Shown here: one piece after another, positions 1-9,729 of the stretch | Layout of the letters: each line of letters begins with the position of its first letter | Position numbering within the stretch: the stretch's first letter is position 1 | Source: Planctomycetota bacterium | GTDB lineage: Bacteria > Planctomycetota > UBA8108 > SXIK01 | Length of the DNA: 64,000 nt | Direction: 5' to 3' | Assembly (NCBI GenBank): GCA_965223845.1 | Contig: CBDCXR010000004.1 | Span: forward strand, 5,324,295 to 5,388,294 | Made by a program: the position numbers and the translations under genes | The notes under the pieces: generated by a model | Database searches by the model: none | What the model saw: the letters and a program-made list of their open reading frames with translations, nothing else | What the model was told of the DNA's origin: nothing

Positions 1-1482
1 GTCGGCGAGCCGCAGACGGTCTCATCGACGAACCTCGAGGAATTCGTCTTCGAGGGTGCGATCAACAACTTTCCGAGCCCCGACGTCGAGAAGGACAACG
101 TCAACTATCTCGCCGGAGTTCGCGAGATCGGTGTCCGAAGCGAGTACACGGACGGTCGCGACATGCCCCGGCTCCTCGTTCGATCGGTCGAGTTCGAGGG
201 CCCGCTCTACGAATCGTGGCCGCCCGACTCGCATCGCCGGATCTTCATCGAGTCGGAGAGAAGAGACGACGCGCCGGCGTACGCGCTGGATATCTTGCGA
301 TCGTTCGCCACGCGCGCCTATCGACGGCCGGTGCGCGACGCCGAGCTGGCCTCCCTCCTCGCCGTTTGGGGAGAAGCTTTCGCTGAATCGGGAGACTTTA
401 GGCAGAGCATCAAGAGTGCGCTCATCGTCGCACTCTCGTCACCTCAGTTTCTCTTTCTCATCGAGGACAGCGCTACCCCCGAGCCGGAACCGCTCGACTC
501 CTACGAGCTCGCCGCGAAGCTGTCGTACTTTCTTTGGGACTCTCCGCCCGACCGTCGTCTTCTCGAGCTCGCTGCGGAGAATTCACTCCGGCGCAACCTC
601 GACGTCGAGATCACGCGCCTCATTCGAGATCCACGCTTCGAGATCTTCGCCGACACGTTCAGTTCGCAGTGGCTCGGTCTCGAGAAGCTCGACGTCGTCG
701 AATTCGACCGCGAGCGCTATCCGCGCCTGACTCGCGATACGAAGTTCGAGCTCGGCAAGGAGCCGGCGCGGTTCGTTCAGCATCTCGTCCGGGAGAACCT
801 ATCCCTCAGCAATCTCGTTCGATCGAGCTTCATCCTCGCCAACGAGGTCGTCGCGAGCTACTACGACCTGGGCGAGCGAACGGAGAGCGGATTCGAGTTC
901 GCGCCGGTCGAGCACGGGAGCGACCATCTCGGCGGAGTTCTCGCCCAGGCCGGAATCCTCGCGGCCCTCTCGGATGGACGAGAGTCGCATCCGATCAAAC
1001 GCGGCGCGTGGCTCGCCCGGAAGCTCATCGCGGAGCCACCCGACGATCCGCCGCCGAACGTACCGGAGTTGCCGGAGGACGAAGGCGAATTGAGCCTCCG
1101 CGAGAAGCTCGAGCGCCATCGGAACGCGCGCGGCTGCAAGAAGTGCCACGAAGGTATCGATCCTTGGGGGCTCCCGCTCGAGGAGTTCGATGCGGGTGGA
1201 CGCTACCGGCCGGACCGACGCGGATCGGGTCGATCGACCTTACCGGACGACACTGAAATCTCCGGTGCCAACGAACTCAAGGCGTACCTCGTCGAAGGTC
1301 ACATCGACCAAGTTGCGTTCTCCTTTCTCAAGCACGTTGCGACCTATGCGACGGGTCGAACTCTGACCTACAACGAGCTCGAGTTTCTCCGGCGCGAAGG
1401 CCCGCGCTTGAAGTCGCGCGGATACCCGATGCAAGATATGGTTCGGTTCGTCGTCGAGAGCGAGCTCTTCCTCCAGAAGTAG
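1..1482 (+). CDS. DUF1592/DUF1585-family protein (Planctomycete heme-motif protein), 5' partial. The frame is open from window base 1.
   Basis: Frame 1 is open from position 1 to the stop at 1482. The motif [14 protein letters not shown] is typical of the DUF1585 C-terminal region. Such proteins are normally encoded next to a DUF1552 partner, which is present downstream here. Confidence 0.7.
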   Translation, partial: VGEPQTVSSTNLEEFVFEGAINNFPSPDVEKDNVNYLAGVREIGVRSEYTDGRDMPRLLVRSVEFEGPLYESWPPDSHRRIFIESERRDDAPAYALDILRSFATRAYRRPVRDAELASLLAVWGEAFAESGDFRQSIKSALIVALSSPQFLFLIEDSATPEPEPLDSYELAAKLSYFLWDSPPDRRLLELAAENSLRRNLDVEITRLIRDPRFEIFADTFSSQWLGLEKLDVVEFDRERYPRLTRDTKFELGKEPARFVQHLVRENLSLSNLVRSSFILANEVVASYYDLGERTESGFEFAPVEHGSDHLGGVLAQAGILAALSDGRESHPIKRGAWLARKLIAEPPDDPPPNVPELPEDEGELSLREKLERHRNARGCKKCHEGIDPWGLPLEEFDAGGRYRPDRRGSGRSTLPDDTEISGANELKAYLVEGHIDQVAFSFLKHVATYATGRTLTYNELEFLRREGPRLKSRGYPMQDMVRFVVESELFLQK

Positions 1483-1520
1483 ACCGCTTCCCCCGATACT
1501 GCGAGAGCGAGACGCCAACC

Positions 1521-2861
1521 ATGGACTCCAGCGCAAAGATCGATCGTCGTGCCGTGCTCAAGGGGATCGCGGGAGCGGCACTCGCACTCCCCGTACTCGA
1601 GGCGATGGGAGAAGAAGTCGCCGGCCGCCCCCCGCGGCGGTTCTGCGCGCTCTATACGGCGAACGGCATGTCGCTCCCGAAGACTCAGCACGGGATCGAC
1701 GACTGGAGCTGGTTCCCGACTGCGGCGAGCGACGGGCGGTTCGTGTTCGGAAAATCGACCGAACCCCTCACCCCCTTCCGAAAGAAGCTGAGCTTTCTCG
1801 GCGGCCTCTACCACCGGAACGGAACGAAGGCCGACCCGCACGTGTGCTCGGATATGTGGCTGACGGGCGCGCCGCTCCACGACGCGAAGCCCGGAACGTA
1901 TAACACGGTCGGACTCGACCAAGTCATCGCGCTCCACACGAAGCAGTACTGTCGCCAGCCCTCGCTCGTCCTTTCGATCGACGCGGGGACGGGCTTCCTC
2001 TCGCGCACGGGCACGATCTCCTACAGCCTCGACGGCAGGCCGATCCCGGCGGAGAACCAGCCGCGCCGCGTCTTCGATCGCCTCTTCCGCGCCGATCGAG
2101 CTTCCCTCGAAGCTCAGCGCGACCGCCTGAAACGGCGACTGAAGCTCGTCGACGCCGTCGCGGACAGCACGCGCGCGCTCAATAAGAGGCTGGGGCGTTC
2201 GGACCGCGACAAGATGGACGAGTACCTGACGTCGCTCAATGAGATCGAGTCGAGGTTGATCGCGTCGGAGAAGTGGATCGACGTCCCGCTCAAGAAGCAG
2301 GATCACTCGCATCTCGAACTCGACGTCACCTCAGAAGACGATCCCCACCGGTACTACCGGACGATGTTCGACCTAATCGCTCTCGCGTTCGACGCCGACA
2401 TCACGCGAAGCGTCGCGTTCATGCTGAATCGCGAAGACGGGATGGGAATCAGCGACACATTCCCGCTCAAGCTCGGTCTCAGCCGGACGCACCACAGCCT
2501 CTCACACGCCGGTGACAAGGAAGGGCAGCTCGAATTCGCGAAGTACGATCTTTTTCTCAGCCAGCAGCTCGCGCATTTTTTTGCGCGGCTCGAAGAGTAC
2601 AAAGATCGAAACGGCACCGTGCTCGACAACAGCATCGTTCTCTTCGGGAGCGGGGCGAGCACGACCCACTATCCGAAGAATCTTCCGACGCTCGTCGCCG
2701 GCGGGGCCAACATGGGCCTCCGCCACGGTCACTACTGGCGCGACGGCGAGACGCCGATGGCGAACGTGTTCCTCAGTATTCTCCGCTCGATGGGAATCGA
2801 AGAACCGTCGTTCGCCGACAGCTCCGGCGCCGCGGGTCGAGCGGTGTTCTCGCGGGTCTGA
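1521..2861 (+). CDS. DUF1552 domain-containing protein with a Tat-like signal
   Basis: The N-terminus [20 protein letters not shown] is a twin-arginine signal. It lies 39 bp after the DUF1592-like gene, the usual PVC/Planctomycete pairing. Confidence 0.7.
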   Translation: MDSSAKIDRRAVLKGIAGAALALPVLEAMGEEVAGRPPRRFCALYTANGMSLPKTQHGIDDWSWFPTAASDGRFVFGKSTEPLTPFRKKLSFLGGLYHRNGTKADPHVCSDMWLTGAPLHDAKPGTYNTVGLDQVIALHTKQYCRQPSLVLSIDAGTGFLSRTGTISYSLDGRPIPAENQPRRVFDRLFRADRASLEAQRDRLKRRLKLVDAVADSTRALNKRLGRSDRDKMDEYLTSLNEIESRLIASEKWIDVPLKKQDHSHLELDVTSEDDPHRYYRTMFDLIALAFDADITRSVAFMLNREDGMGISDTFPLKLGLSRTHHSLSHAGDKEGQLEFAKYDLFLSQQLAHFFARLEEYKDRNGTVLDNSIVLFGSGASTTHYPKNLPTLVAGGANMGLRHGHYWRDGETPMANVFLSILRSMGIEEPSFADSSGAAGRAVFSRV

Positions 2862-2964
2862 CCAGGATCCGGGGCCGCCGACGGCAGTCGGGCCCCACCG
2901 GGGCGGCGAGAATCAGGCCTTCCCCCCCTTTCCCCCAAGAAACTGCTTTCGGGCCATTGACTTG

Positions 2965-2978
2965 ACCGAACGTTCGGT
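2965..2978. promoter_or_regulatory. 14-bp perfect palindrome ACCGAACGTTCGGT, a putative TetR operator. It sits in the spacer between TTGACT (2957-2962) and TAGACT (2980-2985).
   Basis: Read directly. The palindrome lies inside a sigma70-like -35/-10 arrangement, 25 bp upstream of the TetR start codon. An identical copy occurs upstream of the next operon. Confidence 0.6.
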
Positions 2979-3003
2979 ATAGACTCCTCCGCAGGAGCTC
3001 AGA

Positions 3004-3576
3004 ATGCCGAACACGAAAGCCGAACCCGACACCATTCTCGACCGCCTCACCGACGTTTTTCGGACCGTCGGATACGAAGGTGCCACGCTGAGCAAGCTCT
3101 CCGAAGCCACGGGCCTCCAGCGGGCGAGCCTCTACCACCGCTTCCCCGGGGGGAAGCAGGATATGGCCGAAGCCGTGCTCGAACGCGCGGGCGAGTGGTT
3201 CGCGTGCCACATTCTCGAGCCGCTCTCGGGGACGGGCGCACCGCGCGCGCGGCTCGAAGGGATGGCGAAGAAGCTGAGCGCGTTTTACGAGCGAGGCGAA
3301 GCGTCCTGTCTCCTCGACACCCTGTCTTTCGGGGACGGGCGCGACATTTTCGAGACTCACATCGAAGGGGCATTCTCCGCCTGGATCGAGTCGATCGCGG
3401 CGCTCGTCGGAGACGCGACCCACTGCTCGAAGTCGATCGCGCGCCGCCGCGCGGAGGACGCCGTCATTCGCGTTCAGGGCGCGCTCGTCCTCGCCCGCGG
3501 CACCGGCGACACGAAACCGTTTCAGCGAGTCCTTCGGACTCTACCCGATGCTCTCTTGGGGAAAGGAGACGAGTGA
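3004..3576 (+). CDS. TetR/AcrR family transcriptional regulator
   Basis: The N-terminal HTH LSKLSEATGLQRASLYHRFPGGKQDM is characteristic of TetR. The protein is 190 aa. Its own palindromic operator lies upstream. Confidence 0.85.
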   Translation: MPNTKAEPDTILDRLTDVFRTVGYEGATLSKLSEATGLQRASLYHRFPGGKQDMAEAVLERAGEWFACHILEPLSGTGAPRARLEGMAKKLSAFYERGEASCLLDTLSFGDGRDIFETHIEGAFSAWIESIAALVGDATHCSKSIARRRAEDAVIRVQGALVLARGTGDTKPFQRVLRTLPDALLGKGDE

Positions 3577-3625
3577 CGCACGAGCCTTAGATGCGAGCCG
3601 TCCTTTTTTATTTGGCCGCACTCTT

Positions 3626-3641
3626 TACCGAACGTTCGGTA
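3626..3641. promoter_or_regulatory. 16-bp perfect palindrome TACCGAACGTTCGGTA, the second copy of the TetR operator
   Basis: The core is identical to the site at 2965-2978. It lies 30 bp upstream of the DsrE-like gene start at 3671. Confidence 0.6.
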
Positions 3642-3670
3642 CAACCACTGACCACAAAAGGACCCAAGCC

Positions 3671-4045
3671 ATGAAAGCAGCCATCGCCATTCTCTCCGAT
3701 CCCAAGAACGGCTCCGAAGAAGCCCTCGGACGACTCTTCAACGGTCTCGCCGCGGCCTACGACTTCAACCAGCGCGGCGACGAAGTGACCATTCTGTTCC
3801 AAGGCGCAGGAACGCGCTGGATCGGCGAGCTCGCGAAAGAAGACCACCCCGCGCACTCGCTCTTCGAGGAAGTGAGGGACGACGTGGCGGGAGTCTCCTG
3901 CGGATGCGCCGACGTCTTTGGCGGCAGCGAGGACGCGGAACGCTCCGGATTCGACCTCATCAAGGACAACCCCGTTCCGGGCACCACGGGTCTTCCGAGC
4001 CTCCACAACCTCGTCGCGGAAGGCTACTCGGTACTGACGTTTTGA
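3671..4045 (+). CDS. DsrE/DsrF-like family protein
   Basis: Start chosen at the internal ATG MKAAIAILSDP, which follows the operator. The protein is small (124 aa). It has a CGC motif and composition typical of the DsrE/peroxiredoxin-like fold. Confidence 0.55.
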   Translation: MKAAIAILSDPKNGSEEALGRLFNGLAAAYDFNQRGDEVTILFQGAGTRWIGELAKEDHPAHSLFEEVRDDVAGVSCGCADVFGGSEDAERSGFDLIKDNPVPGTTGLPSLHNLVAEGYSVLTF

Positions 4046-4123
4046 AGCAGTTCGGAGACGCATTCCGGTGCCGGCGCGGCAAGCGCGACGCGTCGGCACC
4101 GGAACAGAGCAAAGGATGAGACG

Positions 4124-5071
4124 ATGCGCATCGAGAATCCTTATCACGAAGGCGAGCAACTCGTGCAGGAGAGACTCGGCGAAGTCGAAGAAGGCCGCCG
4201 AAATGGCCGCGCCATCGCCGACTCGATCCTCAAGGGCGCGCTCAAATACATCGAGCAACAATCTCTCGTCGTCCTCGGAAGCATGGACGAGAAGGAGAGA
4301 GTTTGGGCGTCCGTCGTCATCGGAGACCCGGGGTTCATGAGAGCTCCCGACGAGAGGACGGTCGAGTTCAACCTCGATCTCGCGGCTCCCGTCCGGGCGG
4401 ATCCCCTTTGGACGAACATCGAACGCGACTCCCGAGTCGGTACACTCGTCATCGATCTAGCGACACGCCGGCGGCTCCGCATCAACGGCCGAATCGAACG
4501 CCTCGAGCCGAATCGTTGGCGCCTCGACGTCGACGAATCCTATCCGAACTGCCCGAAGTACATTCAGCGCCGCCGCGTCGTCCCTCATCTCTCCGGCGAG
4601 GTGCAGGTCGATTCGTCGCCCCGACGGGGACGCGAGCTCGGCGCTGGCGAGTCGCAGCTCATCCGATCCGCGGACACGTTCTTCGTCGCGAGCGCGCATC
4701 CCGATCGCGGCGTCGACGCGTCGCACCGGGGCGGTCAGCCGGGATTCGTCAACGTGCTCGACGATCGACGCCTGCGCATCCCCGACTATCCGGGAAACCG
4801 GATGTACAACACGCTCGGTAACTTCGCCGTCCACGCGCGCGCGGGCCTCGTGTTCATCGACTTCGAGCGAAGTCGCATCCTTCAGCTCGTCGGTCGACCC
4901 GAGATCGTTTGGCAGCGAGACGATCCCGCCAACGAAACCGGCGGTACGGATCGGTACTGGGAATTCGAAATCGACGAGTGGCTCGAGCTCGATCTCCCGC
5001 GGCGGCTCGAATGGGAGTTCCTCGACTACGCTAGCGAGAATCCTGGGCCGTCCCGGAATCGCGCGGACTAG
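4124..5071 (+). CDS. Pyridoxamine 5'-phosphate oxidase-like FMN-binding family protein
   Basis: The FFVASAHPDRGVDASHRGGQPGFV segment is typical of the PNPOx-like split-barrel family. It lies downstream of the TetR-controlled gene. Confidence 0.6.
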   Translation: MRIENPYHEGEQLVQERLGEVEEGRRNGRAIADSILKGALKYIEQQSLVVLGSMDEKERVWASVVIGDPGFMRAPDERTVEFNLDLAAPVRADPLWTNIERDSRVGTLVIDLATRRRLRINGRIERLEPNRWRLDVDESYPNCPKYIQRRRVVPHLSGEVQVDSSPRRGRELGAGESQLIRSADTFFVASAHPDRGVDASHRGGQPGFVNVLDDRRLRIPDYPGNRMYNTLGNFAVHARAGLVFIDFERSRILQLVGRPEIVWQRDDPANETGGTDRYWEFEIDEWLELDLPRRLEWEFLDYASENPGPSRNRAD

Positions 5072-5313
5072 GCGAGTGTCGAACACCGAGCCGTTGCGCC
5101 CGAATCCGGCGTCTTCGGCGGACTCCTGATCCGACGCGCCCCGGTGAACGTGAACCGACCGCGGTAGCGGTTAGTGGGGATCGCGCGACTCCCTACGTTC
5201 GCCGACGCGTAGTCGATCGCCGTCCGGATCGATGCGATGGTCGTACCGAAGGCGTCATGAGGTGCCGAGTCAAGCTTCGAACTAAGCCTTGGGCACCGGA
5301 CAAGCGGACGGAG

Positions 5314-5898
5314 TCACGAGCATCGGTCGCCCTGGGAACAAATCGCCGCGAGCGCCTTTCCGGCCGCCTCACCAAGTCGCTTGTCAGTTTGTAGCTTTCG
5401 AAGAATGGGGACGGCCGACGTGGCCCGCACTCCGTACCTTCCGATCTGAGCGACTGCCCACACGCGAATCGTCGACTCGGTGTCCTCGATTTCTCGGAGG
5501 AGGTAGGGCACGAGCGCGGCATCCAGCTCTTCGGTGATTCGCACGAGTGCGTTCATTACGGTCGCCCTCCGGACGGCCTCACCTCCGACGGTTCAGGTGT
5601 CGTCGACGAACCCTTCAGCGTGACCATAGAGGCCAGACTCGCGGGCGGCTCTCATGAGCCGGGGAAACGCTCTGACGGAGCGGAGTTCTCCGAGCCGCGC
5701 CGTGGCGACTTGGCGCGTGTCGGCGTCCTTCGATTCAAGACGAAACAGATACCAACTCTCGAGAAGCCTGTCTCGGAAACAAAAGACGGTGCCGGCGACC
5801 ACAAGGAGGGAAGTGAACCCTACCAGTAGAGTCCATCGAGTTTGTCGATTCAGTTCCTTTGGCATGGAAGCCTGTTCTCCCGATATCGATATCCGCAC
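5314..5898 (-). pseudogene. HEAT-repeat membrane-anchored protein split by one in-frame TGA. The two ORFs 5593-5898 and 5314-5556 are in the same frame.
   Basis: Both ORFs are in-frame and separated by a single TGA at 5593-5595. The first has a TM helix, TRWTLLVGFTSLLVVAGTVFCF. Both have PBS-lyase/HEAT-like repeats. Confidence 0.35.
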
Positions 5899-5994
5899 TC
5901 CTCAGGATCGGTGCGAAACCGCCGTTTCCCCCCGGAAGCGAGCGAACGGGTGCGGCTCAGGACATTTCTATTCTCGTGCGTGAACGGGGACGAT

Positions 5995-6771
5995 TCAACG
6001 ATTGGGGCGTCCATCGCCTGCGGACTTGCCGTACACGCTCAAGTGCCCGTTGAGATCGCACAGCTCCGGTCGCAAGGCCAAGAATCGAAGGATGTCGTCC
6101 ATTCCGAACTCGGGATTCTGCGGGTACAAATCGGAGAAGATCTCGTCCACGAACGCGAGGTCTTCGGGCGCGTCCACCGTCCAGCGCAGCGAGGCCAGAT
6201 CTCGCCCCGAGACCACGCTCCCGCGACGGAATCGCTGCGCTTGTCGGTGAAAGAACGGCGTCACGTGCTCGCGCTCGTACCGGTCATCCGCCTCACGCCA
6301 CGCGATCTCGAGGGCTTCTCGGCGGACGACCTCGGTGTCGAGGCCGTCGGGATAGCTCCTCTCGATGGTGTTCGAGGTGTAGTCGTTTCGATCGCGAACG
6401 TGCTGCTCGACGATCGTATCGACGACCGCGGGATCGATGAGGGGACAGTCGGCGGTGATGCGCACGATCTCATCGACTTCGTAGGCCGCCGCGGCGCTCC
6501 GGTAGCGATCGAGCACGTCGGTGAGATCTCCGCGATAGAAGAGTGTTCCGCACTGGGCAGCGACTTGAGCTACGGCATCATCTCCGGCATCCGTGCTCGT
6601 CGCGACGATGATCTCGTCGATCGAGCGGGCGCGGCGCACTCGTTCGATCAAGCGCTCGAGCATCGGCCGGCCGGCGATCGGTCGCAAAACCTTCCCCGGG
6701 AGCCGCGACGACCCGACGCGAGCCTGGATGATCGCCGCGATTCTCCCGCGCGCGGCGTCTGCGTTCATCGC
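5995..6771 (-). CDS. Cytidylyltransferase (NeuA/PseF/SpsF-like, CMP-sugar synthetase family)
   Basis: The motif RIAAIIQARVGSSRLPGKVLRPIAGRPMLE is the cytidylyltransferase P-loop-like motif. Start chosen at MNADAARG. An alternative upstream ATG at 6855 would overlap the next gene. Confidence 0.6.
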   Translation of the reverse strand, partial: AMNADAARGRIAAIIQARVGSSRLPGKVLRPIAGRPMLERLIERVRRARSIDEIIVATSTDAGDDAVAQVAAQCGTLFYRGDLTDVLDRYRSAAAAYEVDEIVRITADCPLIDPAVVDTIVEQHVRDRNDYTSNTIERSYPDGLDTEVVRREALEIAWREADDRYEREHVTPFFHRQAQRFRRGSVVSGRDLASLRWTVDAPEDLAFVDEIFSDLYPQNPEFGMDDILRFLALRPELCDLNGHLSVYGKSAGDGRPNR

Positions 6772-6799
6772 GGGTTCCTTCGGATTCGCCGGGAGTGCA

Positions 6800-7516
6800 T
6801 CACCGATTCCCCTCTGGAGCGAAGAACTTCGACCAGGATTTTTCGAGGAGGACATCCTGCCACCTCGACTCGAGAGCCGAAGCTCCGCGCTCCTTCACCC
6901 ACGCATCGTCGGCGTCGATCCAGACGCGACGCCACACGACCTCGTAGCTCCCGGCGCCGAGAAACATGCTCGCGTGCGTTCGAGCGGGCTTGTAGCAGTA
7001 GACGCGGTCGCCGGCGACGTGGCGATTGACGTTGCGGACGCTCTGCGGGGGAAGAAACTCGCGGATGAAGAGATGCCCCCCGTCGGCGAGCGCGCGGTCG
7101 ATATTCGCGACGGACGCGAAAATCGTCTCGCGCGAAACCCAGCAAAACACGTCGTCGACGACCACGAGGTCGAAGAAGCCGCCAAACATCGCGTCGTCCC
7201 TCACGGGATTCTCCGCAATCGTCCCGCGGTGAAGCTCGATCGAATCTCCGTAGGCGTCACGGCCGAACTCGACGGCCTTCGCCGAAGGCTCGACGCCGAC
7301 GCAGCGCTCCGCCCCCCGCGTCGCGTAGTAGTCGAGCAGGTCGCCGTAATTGCACCCGTACTCGAGCACGCGCCGCGGCTCGATTCCGCACGAGGCGACG
7401 GCTTCGACGATCTCACGCTTCTTCCTCCGCAGACGATCGGTGGCCGCGTCGGCGTGGTTTCGCTCGAAGAACGCGTCCGCTTCGTGCTCGAGATACTCTT
7501 CGTCTTGAGTGGACAT
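6800..7516 (-). CDS. Class I SAM-dependent methyltransferase
   Basis: The segment VLEYGCNYGDLLDYY is a SAM-binding motif I. Start chosen at MSTQDEEY. Confidence 0.6.
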   Translation of the reverse strand: MSTQDEEYLEHEADAFFERNHADAATDRLRRKKREIVEAVASCGIEPRRVLEYGCNYGDLLDYYATRGAERCVGVEPSAKAVEFGRDAYGDSIELHRGTIAENPVRDDAMFGGFFDLVVVDDVFCWVSRETIFASVANIDRALADGGHLFIREFLPPQSVRNVNRHVAGDRVYCYKPARTHASMFLGAGSYEVVWRRVWIDADDAWVKERGASALESRWQDVLLEKSWSKFFAPEGNR

Positions 7517-7538
7517 GCTTCTGCGTCTCGCGAAACGT

Positions 7539-9041
7539 TTACTCGACCTTTTTTCTCCGCGTCGACGAGAGAGTCGAGCTCGGCTCGCCGACGAACTCAC
7601 CGGCCGCCGAGAGCGCGGAGTCGGCGAAGTGCGCGCGCTCTTCCCATGTGCCCCAAGCCGCCACCTCGTCCGCGACGAAAGACAAATACTGCGGAATGCG
7701 GGTGTTGATGTTCACGTTCGCGACCGACGGCAATACCGGAACGATGTTCGCCGACGGATGGAAATCGTCGAACCGGATGCGATCGAACGGTTTCCCCTCC
7801 ACCCCGAAGTGGTTGAAGATGATCTGAAATGTTCTGAAGTCGAACGCGCGCAGCTCGTTTCCGTCCGCGACGATCCCGAGGCGGCGCAGGCTGTCGAGCC
7901 AGCCATCGCGCCAGCTTCCTTCCGGCTCGATGGAAAACTCCGCGTCGGCTTTTGGATAGCAGAACTCGACTTGGACGAGGTTGTTCTCGCCGAACGAGAT
8001 TCGGCCGGGAAACGACAGTCGATTGATGCGATGGGCCGGATCGCCGACGAGAATTTCCGTCGCGTCCGCGCGCACCTCGTCAGCAAACTCAAAGCTACCG
8101 AGAAGAAACTGATCGGGCTTCAGCTCCGGCGTCGGAAGATCGAGGATTCCCCGAAGAATCCCGATCGGCGCGCACCAGTAGTACCGCTCCGCGGTCACGA
8201 GGCGGCCGCGCGCGCGAACAACGCTCGCCGAGTGACTTCCCGGCGCGATCTCGAGAGCGAGGTCGTCCACTCCCGCAAGGACTTCGGTGCCGAGCTCGAT
8301 CAGACGCGAGTGGAACGCGTTCGCAAACGCGCCGAATCCCCCGTCTTCCGGATAGAGGTACGCTTCGCCTCCGCTAGCGCGCATGGCATCGTGAAACGTG
8401 CGCGAGATCTTCGACGACTCCGCGGCGTCCGCGGCCGTCGACGTCCTGCCTGATCGTTCGGCGCGCGGAAAGAACCACGGATAGAGTGCGCCGACGAGCC
8501 TCGACTCGTCGATGTCGAAGCGCGCGTGCCGCGCGTCGGACGGATAGGACGCGAGGACGTCGTCGAAGATGAGATCGACAAACGGACGACCGAAGCTCTC
8601 CGCGAGGTTGTCGCGAGTGAGCGGTCGATCCGCGACCTTGTCGACGAGTGGACTCGACGGAAGCAGCTCGCGCAGCGAGTCCGGCCACGCGTCGACGGGG
8701 GCGTCGTAGTCGACGATCTCCCCGCGAAGCACGATCTGCCGCTTTTTCTTTCCCCGGCGAACGCGGCCGCCGACGAGATCGGTGAAGAGCTTCGTCGTCA
8801 AAGGCGAGCGATCTGCGTCGAGAAGATGAAGGCCCGCGTCGAACTGTCTGCCGTTTTCGTTCTTGAACGATTGATCGCCGCCGCCGAGGAACGGCGAGCG
8901 TTCGAGAAGAAGAACTCGGAATCCCATACACGCGAACGTGTAGGCGACGAAGAGACCCGCTAGATTGCCTCCGATGATGACTGCATCGTAATCCTCGCGC
9001 TCTGGCTCGGAGAGTAACGACGGCCTCGCGATGCGATTCAT
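7539..9041 (-). CDS. FAD/NAD(P)-binding oxidoreductase
   Basis: The N-terminus DAVIIGGNLAGLFVAY is a GxGxxG dinucleotide-binding motif. The protein is 500 aa. It overlaps the next gene by 4 bp, suggesting an operon. Confidence 0.6.
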   Translation of the reverse strand: MNRIARPSLLSEPEREDYDAVIIGGNLAGLFVAYTFACMGFRVLLLERSPFLGGGDQSFKNENGRQFDAGLHLLDADRSPLTTKLFTDLVGGRVRRGKKKRQIVLRGEIVDYDAPVDAWPDSLRELLPSSPLVDKVADRPLTRDNLAESFGRPFVDLIFDDVLASYPSDARHARFDIDESRLVGALYPWFFPRAERSGRTSTAADAAESSKISRTFHDAMRASGGEAYLYPEDGGFGAFANAFHSRLIELGTEVLAGVDDLALEIAPGSHSASVVRARGRLVTAERYYWCAPIGILRGILDLPTPELKPDQFLLGSFEFADEVRADATEILVGDPAHRINRLSFPGRISFGENNLVQVEFCYPKADAEFSIEPEGSWRDGWLDSLRRLGIVADGNELRAFDFRTFQIIFNHFGVEGKPFDRIRFDDFHPSANIVPVLPSVANVNINTRIPQYLSFVADEVAAWGTWEERAHFADSALSAAGEFVGEPSSTLSSTRRKKVE

Positions 9042-9679
9042 TCCGCGCCCCGCACCTCCGTCCGCTTGCGAAGGATGCAGACGGTCGCTCGATCGGGACC
9101 GCCTTCATAAGGGAAGACGTTTTCGTAAACGACGGAGTACGCTGGATGCCATGCGAACATCGCGGCGTAATTCATCTTGTAGCTCATCAGCCCCTCACGG
9201 TGGTGGTACGGGTTCGTGTGCGGTTTCTCCGCGTAGAAATCGTAGATGATGATCGCCCCGTCGACCTCGACCACTCGATCCGCCTCTCGCGCGATCGTGA
9301 AGAGGTCTTCACGATCACACAAGTAGAGACAGAACCCGAAGACGACGAGATCGAACTCGCAGGCACCGAACGGCAGCCGCTCTGCAGTCCCCGCGTGAAG
9401 CTCGAGCCGCGGATACGCCTTGCGCCCGGACCTCACCGCGAGCGACGACGGGTCGAGACCGACGCATCGATCAGGCGCGAGCCGCTGTCGAATCTCTTCG
9501 AGGCGCCAGCCGTTCGCGGCGCCGATCTCGAGGATTCGTCGCGGAGTCTGCCCCAACCGCTCGAGCGCCGACAACACCGGGTCGTCTTCTGCCCTTCGCT
9601 CGAGCTTGCTACAATCCGCCAGGTTTCTCAGAAAGTACTGGTCGCCTTCGGTCTCGGTGAAGGCTCGCTTCTGCTCCAT
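9038..9679 (-). CDS. Class I SAM-dependent methyltransferase
   Basis: The segment ILEIGAANGWRLEE is motif I, and FDLVVFGFCLY is motif II-like. The gene is translationally coupled to the oxidoreductase. Confidence 0.65.
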   Translation of the reverse strand: MEQKRAFTETEGDQYFLRNLADCSKLERRAEDDPVLSALERLGQTPRRILEIGAANGWRLEEIRQRLAPDRCVGLDPSSLAVRSGRKAYPRLELHAGTAERLPFGACEFDLVVFGFCLYLCDREDLFTIAREADRVVEVDGAIIIYDFYAEKPHTNPYHHREGLMSYKMNYAAMFAWHPAYSVVYENVFPYEGGPDRATVCILRKRTEVRGAE

Positions 9680-9729
9680 CCAATTACCCCGTAAATACTG
9701 GATGAAACCCTACTCGAGGACGACCGAAT

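Noticed and set aside
5842-7029. 395-aa + strand ORF, and 6593-7708 371-aa + strand ORF
   Set aside because: Both are antisense to the cytidylyltransferase and methyltransferase genes, which have recognisable motifs.
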